Shown here: piece by piece, positions 50,713 through 58,510 of the stretch
How the letters are laid out: every line of letters starts with the position of its first letter
Position numbering within the stretch: position 1 is the stretch's first letter
NCBI GenBank assembly: GCA_031422435.1
Contig: JANPLU010000036.1
Location: 1 to 58,510 of the forward strand
DNA: 58,510 bases
DNA from: Acaryochloridaceae cyanobacterium VAR_48_metabat_390
GTDB taxonomy: Bacteria > Cyanobacteriota > Cyanobacteriia > Thermosynechococcales > Thermosynechococcaceae
Reading direction: 5' to 3'
The notes under the pieces: generated by a model
Seen by the model: only the letters and a program-made list of their open reading frames with translations
What the model was told of the DNA's origin: nothing
Databases searched by the model: none
Translations under genes and position numbers: made by a program

Positions 50713-51582
50713 CTAGTGCCCGCCTGTATGCTGGGTGCGGCGCTCCAAAATTTCTTTTAAGACCAAAGTAACCACCGCTAGCAAAGCCAAAATTGTGGCA
50801 GCACCAAAAGCGGCTTCAGTCTGGTAGTTTTTGTAGGCTTCCTCTACAAAAATTGGCATCGTCTGGGTTCTCCCCGCGATGTTGCCGGAAACCACCGCCA
50901 CTGCGCCAAATTCACCCATCGCTCTGGCATTGGTTAGCAGTACGCCATAGAGCAGCCCCCACCGGATATTAGGAAGCGTTACGCGCCAGAAAATTTGCCA
51001 GTCTTTTGCGCCTAGAGTTCTTGCCGCTTCTTCTTCCGCTGGCCCTATCTCTTCCAGCACGGGCATCACTTCCCGCGCCACGAAGGGTAGGGTTACAACC
51101 ACCGTGGCTAAAACAATCCCTGGCGTATTGAAGATAAATTTGAGGCCCAAACCCCTCAGGGCTGGCCCTAGCCAACCATTTTCGCCGTAGAGCAGCACCA
51201 GCATCAGCCCCACCACCACCGGAGAAATGGCGAAGGGAAGGTCAAGGATGCTGATGAGCAGCGATCGCCCCCAGAACCGATTCCGTGCCAGCACCCAAGC
51301 GGCACAGAGGCCAAAAACGGTATTCAGCGGAACGGAGATGGCGGTGGCAATAAGCGTTAACCGCACAGCAGCCAGGAAATCAGGGGAGGCGATCGCCGTC
51401 AAAAACTCCCCAAAACCCTTATGAAACGCCTCATAGAAAACGGCAACGGCAGGGATAAACAGCACTAGCGCTAGATACACCACCGCAATCCCAATCAGCA
51501 GTGGTGGCCCAGGTAGAAAACCACGAGGCTGTTTCGCAGCATTAGTTTGAGGCATAGCGTCGTCCCCACTGCTGTAGCGCAT
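50713..51582 (-). CDS. cysW: Sulfate ABC transporter permease W
   Basis: [23 protein letters not shown]. Confidence 0.95.
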   Translation of the reverse strand: MRYSSGDDAMPQTNAAKQPRGFLPGPPLLIGIAVVYLALVLFIPAVAVFYEAFHKGFGEFLTAIASPDFLAAVRLTLIATAISVPLNTVFGLCAAWVLARNRFWGRSLLISILDLPFAISPVVVGLMLVLLYGENGWLGPALRGLGLKFIFNTPGIVLATVVVTLPFVAREVMPVLEEIGPAEEEAARTLGAKDWQIFWRVTLPNIRWGLLYGVLLTNARAMGEFGAVAVVSGNIAGRTQTMPIFVEEAYKNYQTEAAFGAATILALLAVVTLVLKEILERRTQHTGGH

Positions 51583-52423
51583 TAATTACAAACAGCATCA
51601 GCAGCGAAATCAGCAGCAAAACTGTGCCAATCACTGTCGCGCCAGCATAGTCGTAAGCTTCAAGGCGCTGAAACACCAAAACGGGCGCAATGAGATCCTT
51701 AAACGGGATGGCAGAGGACACCAGAATCACTGAGCCATATTCTCCTACCGCCCGTGAAAACCCCAAGGCCACCCCCGTCAAGATGGGCGGAATGAGCGGC
51801 GGCAAAATCACCTTCAAAAACGTTTGCCGATCCGTTGCGCCCAACGCCCAGGCCGCTTCTTCTGCTTCTTTTTCCATTTCCTGCAAAACAGGCTGAAGCG
51901 TCCGCACAATGAAAGGCAGCGAGATAAAAATCATGGCAACCAAAACGCCGAGTCGGGTAAAGGCAATTTTGATGCCAAAGGGCGCAAAGATCTGTCCAAT
52001 CCAACCCTTGTCGCTATAGACCGTTGCCAGCACTAACCCCGCTACTGCGGTCGGTAAGGCAAAGGGCAAGTCTACTGCCGCATCCATGAGCTTGCGCCCT
52101 GGAAACTCGTAGCGCACTAGCACCCAAGCCACTAATGTGCCCATGAGTCCATTAATTAGTCCTGCGGCTAAGGAGGTGACAAAGGTAACGTCATAGGCAG
52201 ACAGCGCAACGGGCGAAGTGGCAATGCGCCAAAACTCAGCAGGTCCCACGCTAATCGACTTGGTGAGCAGTGCCGATATGGGCAGCAGCAGCATAATCAC
52301 CAGGTAGGCGATCGTCACCGCCCACGGAATAGAAACCCGCTTATAAAAAGGGACTGACTTTTGAGCGTTGAAGCCTCTAGAGATTCGCTCTCCAGAGGCA
52401 AACATGTCCGACTTGCTGATCAA
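51542..52423 (-). CDS. cysT: Sulfate ABC transporter permease T
   Basis: [22 protein letters not shown]. Confidence 0.95.
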   Translation of the reverse strand: MISKSDMFASGERISRGFNAQKSVPFYKRVSIPWAVTIAYLVIMLLLPISALLTKSISVGPAEFWRIATSPVALSAYDVTFVTSLAAGLINGLMGTLVAWVLVRYEFPGRKLMDAAVDLPFALPTAVAGLVLATVYSDKGWIGQIFAPFGIKIAFTRLGVLVAMIFISLPFIVRTLQPVLQEMEKEAEEAAWALGATDRQTFLKVILPPLIPPILTGVALGFSRAVGEYGSVILVSSAIPFKDLIAPVLVFQRLEAYDYAGATVIGTVLLLISLLMLFVINALQQWGRRYASN

Positions 52424-52477
52424 TCGTAAAATCTCCTCTACAAATTATCGGGGTCTAGAACGTGATCTAAAGCAGCA

Positions 52478-52822
52478 TTAGTAAAACGACCAGCTCTTGT
52501 GGGTCGCTGTATCATCGGTCAAAATTTCGACATGAAGCTGAGCGAGATAAGTTAGTGCATCTTGGATCTTTGCGGGGATGCCGTTCAGCTCTAGGTCAAA
52601 CCAGCCAGACTCACGGGAGTTGGTCGCTAAGAGGGCACTCAAGATATTGACATCTAGCCCATACCGCGTCGTCAAGGTGGAAATAATCGGATCTTGAGCA
52701 TACGTTGGCGGAATCTGAATTTGAATGCGCTGCCGCACCCGATGGGTTTCGGCTGAATGAGGCAAATTTGAGTGAGAGGCGATCGCCTCTCTGTGAGCCG
52801 TACTGTGAGAACTAAAAGTCAT
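52478..52822 (-). CDS. NIL-domain protein within the sulfate operon
   Basis: PIISTL...VNIL...GWFDLEL pattern. Confidence 0.8.
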   Translation of the reverse strand: MTFSSHSTAHREAIASHSNLPHSAETHRVRQRIQIQIPPTYAQDPIISTLTTRYGLDVNILSALLATNSRESGWFDLELNGIPAKIQDALTYLAQLHVEILTDDTATHKSWSFY

Positions 52823-52846
52823 TGGAATGCCCTCTAAAATAAGGAT

Positions 52847-53947
52847 TTAAGACTTAGAAACCTTGGCCTGAATTTGGTCAAAAATTGCTCCATCCTCAAA
52901 GAATTTCTCGTTAATCTTGCTCCAGCCGCCAAAGTCCTTCACGGTAATCAGCTTCTTGACCTTGGGAAACTGAGCCTCAACCTCTTTTAGCACCGCCGCA
53001 TCAACGGGCCGAAAGCCAACTTTAGAAAATTCTCGCTGGGCTTCAGGACTATAAAGAAACTGCACAAAGGCTTCGGCGATTTTACGCGTACCGTGCTTAT
53101 CTACGTTTTTATCCACCACCGCTACGGGTGCATCAATAGAAATATTAGTCTCGGTTGGGACATTAAACGGCTGAGTATCGCCCTTGAGCTTTGCCAACAG
53201 CACTTCGTTCTCATAATTAATGAGTACGTCCCCCTGTCCCTGTTTATAAAACACATCGCTCGATTCACGGGCATCTTTGGGCAAGACAGGCGTATTTTTT
53301 AGGACGTTTTCGGCAAAGGTTAGCGCCTTGGCCTCACTGCCTCCGGTTTGGGCAACAGAACCCCACAGCGCCAGAAAGTTCCACTTTGCACCACCAGACG
53401 TCTTGGGATTTGCAGTAATCACTTTGAGCTTCCCTTCGCCGAGTTGAGACCAATTTTCAACCTTTGGCTTACCCGGGCGTGTCACCAGTGCAGCAACGGA
53501 GTGGGTCACAATTGCACCATTCGGAGCCTCTTTTTCCCATCCTGGCTCAATTAAGCCTGCTTTCTCAATTTTTTTGACATCTCCCGCTAAGGCAAGCTGC
53601 ACAATGTCTGCTTCTAAGCCATCAATAACGGCACGGGTTTGTGACCCAGAGCCACCATAGCTTTGCTCAAAAGTGACATCTTGTCCGGTCTTTGTCTTCC
53701 AGTCCGCGACAAACTTCGGAATGATTTTGTCGTAGGCCTGCTTGGTGACGGCATAGGAAACCAGCGTCAATTTAGATGATTCACCCCCAGACCCTGACGC
53801 ACTCCCAGAGCCTGACGCATTGGGGGCAGATCCAGTGGTCTCAGTGCCGCCGCATCCAGACAGCAGTACTCCCATCAAACCGCAAACCACCATCGTGTTC
53901 CGCAGTGGCGCAATCTTAGTTTGGGGTAAAGCATCTGAACGATTCAT
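52847..53947 (-). CDS. sbpA: Sulfate-binding lipoprotein
   Basis: Lipobox LSGC, SYGGSGSQ, NPKTSGGA, NYENE. Confidence 0.95.
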   Translation of the reverse strand: MNRSDALPQTKIAPLRNTMVVCGLMGVLLSGCGGTETTGSAPNASGSGSASGSGGESSKLTLVSYAVTKQAYDKIIPKFVADWKTKTGQDVTFEQSYGGSGSQTRAVIDGLEADIVQLALAGDVKKIEKAGLIEPGWEKEAPNGAIVTHSVAALVTRPGKPKVENWSQLGEGKLKVITANPKTSGGAKWNFLALWGSVAQTGGSEAKALTFAENVLKNTPVLPKDARESSDVFYKQGQGDVLINYENEVLLAKLKGDTQPFNVPTETNISIDAPVAVVDKNVDKHGTRKIAEAFVQFLYSPEAQREFSKVGFRPVDAAVLKEVEAQFPKVKKLITVKDFGGWSKINEKFFEDGAIFDQIQAKVSKS

Positions 53948-54024
53948 AAATACAACTCCTTTAAAGACTTAAACGAAACCGTGGCTTGCATTACACAACA
54001 GGTATCGCACAATCATATACAAGG

Positions 54025-54054
54025 TTCAATTAATTTTCAATTAATTTTCAATTA
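54025..54054. repeat. 11-bp tandem repeat (TTCAATTAATT x ~2.7) in the sbpA/Crp divergent promoter
   Basis: ttcaattaatt ttcaattaatt ttcaatta. Confidence 0.8.
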
Positions 54055-54231
54055 GTCCACAAATCTTTCTCCATTGTTCCTGGAGATTTTTAAGTTTCAT
54101 GCCAAAATTAAGCTATTGGTTAGTCTTTGCAACTTTCTAGGTAGAACGGGTGTTGATGCTTTTACCCCTAAGGTTGCGCCCTAGCACCCAGCGTTTCGTA
54201 GGCTCGTTAAGTTTTTTATTGTCAAATCGCA

Positions 54232-55047
54232 ATGACCATCACTGCTAAAGCCCCCAAAACAGAAACAACTCCAACGCCTGTCGAACAGCCGATGGAAACG
54301 CTGGTCCAGCACAATTATTTGTTCCGGAGCTTCAGTGCAGCTGAGTTGGCTGAGGCTTTAGATATGTCGGCCTTAGTTTCTGAAAAGCTGTACTCGAATC
54401 GTCCTGTGTATACAGCCTATCGACCAGGGGTTTCCCTGGAGTTTCTTTACTTAATTGTGGAAGGTGGGCCTGTGGTGGTTCGCAGTAGCCCCCTCGACCG
54501 CGTTGTTTCAATCCATTACCCTAGCGGCTGCTTTGGATTTGGCAGTTTACCCATCGGGTTTGGAACCATTAGTCTGGGCTTCCCCAGTTTGGTGGAAGCG
54601 TACAAAACAACAGATGTGCTGAAGGTTCCCGTTACGGCAATTCAGCGGCTCTATGAGACCCATGAGGGTTTTCGCGATCGCTATAATCTGCTGTTTGAGC
54701 TGCACGAAAAGTTTCAGTACCACCTGCTCAACTGCGGAGCCTATCCACCCCAAGCGGTTGCAATGCTCTTTCGGGGCCTAATTTACCAAGAGCGAGACTT
54801 AGGCAATCAGCCCGATCAGTCTGGGGTTTATACTTTCGATTTACCGATCGACATTATTGCCCGTGCCAGTCAGCTTAACCACCGCACTGTAGAGCAGGTT
54901 TTGAAAGGCATGGAGCAAAATCAGCTCATTGAAACAGCCCGATCAAGCGATCTTTCGGGAGACACCATTCGGGTGCTCAATGCAGAGGGAATGAAAGAGG
55001 TATATAGCACCACGCGTGGCAAGGTGCAGTGGTGGCCGCTAAAGTAA
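54232..55047 (+). CDS. Crp/Fnr-family transcriptional regulator
   Basis: cNMP-like beta-barrel (LYLIVEGG..GCFG) and C-terminal HTH (IDIIARASQLNHRTVEQVL). Confidence 0.75.
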   Translation: MTITAKAPKTETTPTPVEQPMETLVQHNYLFRSFSAAELAEALDMSALVSEKLYSNRPVYTAYRPGVSLEFLYLIVEGGPVVVRSSPLDRVVSIHYPSGCFGFGSLPIGFGTISLGFPSLVEAYKTTDVLKVPVTAIQRLYETHEGFRDRYNLLFELHEKFQYHLLNCGAYPPQAVAMLFRGLIYQERDLGNQPDQSGVYTFDLPIDIIARASQLNHRTVEQVLKGMEQNQLIETARSSDLSGDTIRVLNAEGMKEVYSTTRGKVQWWPLK

Positions 55048-55100
55048 GGTGAGAATCTTTTTTGACGCGAAGTATTGAGACGACGGTTGGGGAATAGCGG

Positions 55101-55739
55101 ATGATTGTAGCGCTTGGTGTGTGTTTACCGCTATTGATTTTTAGCGTCGTTGCAATTGGGATACAGATAAATGGGGGATTGTTTCCGGGTGATGTCGCAA
55201 TCTTACAGGCTCTTCACAATAACCAAACGGTAAGCCTAGATGCTTTTGCAGAAGGGTTGACACCGTTTGGCATGGAAGCAGGGGTTGTTCCAGCAGCAAC
55301 GGCGATCGCCATCCTCCTCCTCATGCGCCGTCAGTGGAAAATGCTGGGATTCTGGCTGTGTGCAGGGTTGGGTGGCAGTGCATTAGGAGTCAGCATCAAA
55401 CTGCTTTGGCATCGAACCCGCCCACATCTTTGGGATTCCTCTTACCCGTACCCCAAGGACTTTTCGTTTCCCAGCGGTCATGCGATGGCAAGCATGACGC
55501 TCATCTTAATGTTAGTCGTGCTGCTATGGAAAACGCGCTGGCAGTCGCCAGCGCTCGTGTTCGGCGGGTTATTTGTTTTAGCGATTAGCTGGACACGCCT
55601 TTACTTGGGGGTACATTACCCCAGTGACGTAATGGCGGGCTGGATGCTGGCGATCGCCTGGGTTATCAGCCTAAAAGCACTGCCCAGCGCTTTAAACCTT
55701 AGCCGCGCTGATACCAAAAATAGGTTGCCATCGGAATAA
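55101..55739 (+). CDS. PAP2-family phosphatase
   Basis: K..WHRTRP, FPSGH, TRLYLGVHYPSDV. Confidence 0.93.
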   Translation: MIVALGVCLPLLIFSVVAIGIQINGGLFPGDVAILQALHNNQTVSLDAFAEGLTPFGMEAGVVPAATAIAILLLMRRQWKMLGFWLCAGLGGSALGVSIKLLWHRTRPHLWDSSYPYPKDFSFPSGHAMASMTLILMLVVLLWKTRWQSPALVFGGLFVLAISWTRLYLGVHYPSDVMAGWMLAIAWVISLKALPSALNLSRADTKNRLPSE

Positions 55740-56424
55740 TGGTGGCGGCAATTAGCAGCACAACCACAATAATGCTGGCGCTTTTATCATCGGTTTCTTC
55801 AGCCTTGGTAAACGTACTTTCCACCTCAACCACCTTAATTTCTGGGGGGCCTGGATCTGGTTCACCGCTCAGCACCAGAGAAAATCGACTTGCGGCATCC
55901 AGCAGCCCTTGGTTGTAGCTGCCTTCTCGAATGGGTACCAGCATTGTTTCCCCCGCAATGCTTTTGGCAACCTCGTCCGTCATGATGCTCTTTACCTTGT
56001 CACCTGTGCGAACGCCCGTGGTTTTGGTTTGGGTATCTAGCAGCACTAGGGTTTGATTGGCCTGTGCCTCAGGCGTTGGGAACCATCGCTCAAATAAATC
56101 ATTGGCAAAGGTAGGTGCCGTCTGCCCGTAGTCAAATCGACGAATGGTGACAAACCGGACTTCATTTCCGGTTTTTTCGGCAAGCTGGCTGAGGGTTTTG
56201 TTCAATGCACCTTCATTCAAAACGCTCAGCACCTCTCCTTGGTCAATCACCCAAGTGGGGCTACCCGCATTTACAGTGGGCACATCAAAAATACCCGTGG
56301 CGATCGCAGACCCCGTAGTGACAGGCAACATCAGAAACACTGCCGTAATGGCGATAAAGCACTGTCGTAAAATCTTCCGCCACTGCCAGCAAGAGATTGG
56401 TCTGGTCATACACTTTACCCGCAC
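55699..56424 (-). CDS. psb32: Photosystem II repair protein Psb32 (TPM domain)
   Basis: Signal peptide, TPM domain, GEPDPGPP, ATIIPMATYFWY C-terminus. Confidence 0.88.
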   Translation of the reverse strand: MRVKCMTRPISCWQWRKILRQCFIAITAVFLMLPVTTGSAIATGIFDVPTVNAGSPTWVIDQGEVLSVLNEGALNKTLSQLAEKTGNEVRFVTIRRFDYGQTAPTFANDLFERWFPTPEAQANQTLVLLDTQTKTTGVRTGDKVKSIMTDEVAKSIAGETMLVPIREGSYNQGLLDAASRFSLVLSGEPDPGPPEIKVVEVESTFTKAEETDDKSASIIVVVLLIAATIIPMATYFWYQRG

Positions 56425-56560
56425 GGTTTACTTTACTCAAATACTATCTCGATCAAGGCACGGTAGCGAACAGCATTGTGTCTTAAAATCAGAGCAATTG
56501 ATTGATTGGCGCTGACTCTACCGTGGCGATCTCAACACCCCAAGAACCGAAATATCTATT

Positions 56561-57643
56561 ATGTGGAAAGGTTCAGACATCTATCGACAGTATTTAGTCT
56601 GGGGTCTGAGTGGACCAATTTTATTTCTCAACTTTTGGTTCCTGGGTCAAGTCTTCCAGTATTTTGAGCAGGTCATCACTATTCTGATTGTGGCAGCTAT
56701 TTTTGCCATTTTGCTCAGCTATCCGGTACATTGGCTAACGCAGCGGCGAGTGGGGCGATCGCCCGCCATCTTAATCGTATTAACAGTGGTCATCTCTGGG
56801 ATCGGACTCCTGGGGTTTACCGTCATTCCCCTTGTCATCGATCAGGCCAATCAGCTTCTTGCCCTCTTGCCCAACTGGTTAGATGGTGCCGGACAGCAGC
56901 TCTCTTGGCTGCGAAAGTTTGTGCTCAATCACGGTCTAAAGCTTGACTTTAATCAGGCCATTAACCAGCTTGAGCAGCTTACCCAGACCATTGTGTCGTG
57001 GCTTCCAGGCTTGGCGATCGGCACACTGGGTCGATTATTTGACATGATTTTGATTGTGGTGCTGGCGGTCTATATGCTGCTGTACGGTCAGCGAATGTGG
57101 CGTGGGCTAGTTGAGGTACTCCCCTCTAAACTAGGGGCTGCCTTAGATCGCTCCATTCAGTTCAATCTCCGGCAGTTTTTTATCAGTCAGTTTTTGTTAG
57201 CGCTCTTTATGCTGCTGGCACTAACTCCCATTTTTCTGCTCTTACAGATTAAGTTTGCGCTCTTATTTGCGCTGCTGGTGGGGCTGTCTAACCTTGTGCC
57301 GCTGGTGGGAGCCTCCCTCGGCATTTTGCTCGTCATGCTGCTGACCTTACTGCAAGGGTTCTGGCCTGCATTTTGGGTTGGGTTAACCGCCGTTACGCTT
57401 CAGCAAATTAAAGATAATGTTGTCTCGCCTCGCTTGCTAGGTAAATTTACAGGGCTTAACCCCATCTGGATTTTTGTAGCGCTGCTCTTAGGAGCGCGGA
57501 TTGCGGGGGTGCTGGGGGTGATTTTAGCCATCCCAATCGCAGGCACCATTCAGGGTACCATCGAACAGCTCCGGGCTAAACCTTCTACGGTTATCTTAAG
57601 CACAGCAGAGGATGCAACCTCTACACCCATAACAGAGATTTAA
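56561..57643 (+). CDS. AI-2E family transporter
   Basis: Multi-TM; VPLVG, QQIKDNVVSPRLLG, GVILAIP. Confidence 0.9.
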   Translation: MWKGSDIYRQYLVWGLSGPILFLNFWFLGQVFQYFEQVITILIVAAIFAILLSYPVHWLTQRRVGRSPAILIVLTVVISGIGLLGFTVIPLVIDQANQLLALLPNWLDGAGQQLSWLRKFVLNHGLKLDFNQAINQLEQLTQTIVSWLPGLAIGTLGRLFDMILIVVLAVYMLLYGQRMWRGLVEVLPSKLGAALDRSIQFNLRQFFISQFLLALFMLLALTPIFLLLQIKFALLFALLVGLSNLVPLVGASLGILLVMLLTLLQGFWPAFWVGLTAVTLQQIKDNVVSPRLLGKFTGLNPIWIFVALLLGARIAGVLGVILAIPIAGTIQGTIEQLRAKPSTVILSTAEDATSTPITEI

Positions 57644-57793
57644 TTTAGAGATATCCCAATTCATCGTGTTTTGCATCAGGAACTTGGCAATTGCGTTAAA
57701 CGACTGTAGTATCAACACGATTGAAGCATCAGACTAAATCCTAATCCTCAATCTTGCGCTTCGTTGACCTATTCGCGTTTTAAAAACTTCATA

Positions 57794-58510
57794 ATGCAAG
57801 TCTCTAAACCCTGGTTTCCCTTTTTCATAACCTTGAGTGCAGGATTGGTCGCAGCGTCATTCCCCTCAGGGTCTGCTTTGGCTGTAGTGTTTGGTCAAAA
57901 AGAAGTAGACCAGACTAAATTTATTGCAGTTGCTAAGCCCGTCGGACAAGACTCCCACCAACTGCTCGTCTTAGAACAGGTAACTGACAAAAAGCAGTGC
58001 TGGAGCGAAAGCAGCAGTCAGCCCGTGATTATAGATCCACTCCTGCTCAAATTTGACTTCACCGGAATTTGCGGTCGCAGCACCGATGCAAACGGCTACT
58101 CCATCCGAATGGATGGGCAAGACCTGGGGGGTAAATATACCCTGCGCGTCCGCTACCGCAACAACGACATGGTCTTAATTGGCTCCCCCGACGACTCAAA
58201 AGACCCTGAAATTGAAATTGGTCGCGCGAACGGCTTCGTGAAAGACTTTGCCAAAATTCAGCTTGACCCAGGCTGGTATTTCTCTAAACGCACCTTCACT
58301 ACACCAGCAACCGAAAAAACACCAGAAACAGTAAAAGTGCTGGGTCACGTCTACCTCACCCGTGACGGTAGCGACACCTTGCCCTTTGGTGACATTGCAG
58401 GAGATGTCTACCTCCAAGAGATTAAAGCAGCCGTCGCCCTTAAATTTATTGCAGGATTCCAAGACAGCACTTTTAGACCCCAAACGCCACTTACCAGAGA
58501 ACAGCTTGTC
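57794..58510 (+). CDS. DUF3747-domain exported protein followed by an SLH domain; runs off the window
   Basis: Not in ORF track. Manual translation: signal peptide, FGQKEVDQ...DPLLLKFDFTGICGRSTDANGYSIR, later IAGFQDSTFRPQTPLTREQL (SLH). Confidence 0.85.
   Translation, partial: MQVSKPWFPFFITLSAGLVAASFPSGSALAVVFGQKEVDQTKFIAVAKPVGQDSHQLLVLEQVTDKKQCWSESSSQPVIIDPLLLKFDFTGICGRSTDANGYSIRMDGQDLGGKYTLRVRYRNNDMVLIGSPDDSKDPEIEIGRANGFVKDFAKIQLDPGWYFSKRTFTTPATEKTPETVKVLGHVYLTRDGSDTLPFGDIAGDVYLQEIKAAVALKFIAGFQDSTFRPQTPLTREQLV

Noticed and set aside
2015..58483. Many short ORF-track entries antisense to or nested in identified genes (e.g. 2015-2266, 14897-15388, 36988-37281, 45996-46313, 58196-58483)
   Set aside because: Shadow frames of well-supported genes with no independent coding evidence
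1..58510. CRISPR array, tRNA, rRNA or IS transposase
   Set aside because: No regularly spaced repeats, cloverleaf or transposase motifs were recognised by eye
1..58510. Frequent GCGATCGC octamer as a novel repeat
   Set aside because: It is the well-known cyanobacterial HIP1; used here only as a marker of native versus foreign DNA

Overview
Cyanobacterial chromosomal segment: photosynthesis genes (psbN, psbH, psaE, psb32, chlM, ftsH2), sasA and sigF, with the HIP1 octamer GCGATCGC frequent in core genes. Most of the window is housekeeping: murI, tatA, ugd plus a UDP-glucuronate decarboxylase, pyrD, radC, tsaB, mutM, pdxA, aroC, an rlmL-like gene, creD and a sulfate ABC operon with a divergent Crp-family regulator. 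The main accessory feature is an AT-rich islet of about 3.3 kb (21.0-24.4 kb). It is bracketed by a 114-bp, 92%-identical direct repeat of the mutM leader and first codons, and the repeat ends at a HIP1 site. The islet has no integrase. It carries a VapBC-like toxin-antitoxin pair, a small orphan ORF, a stand-alone 526-aa reverse transcriptase of the UG/Abi (defence-associated) type, and a hairpin-rich ~500-bp non-coding stretch upstream of that RT. Other points of interest: a hybrid kinase with two DXCF cyanobacteriochrome GAFs next to a REC-GGDEF-EAL gene, a PlsY/PEP-utilizer fusion, a DUF2382/AvaK-like stress cluster and an unannotated 29-aa membrane peptide ORF. No rRNA, tRNA, CRISPR array or transposase was recognised. 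All family calls come from motif recognition by eye, not database searches.
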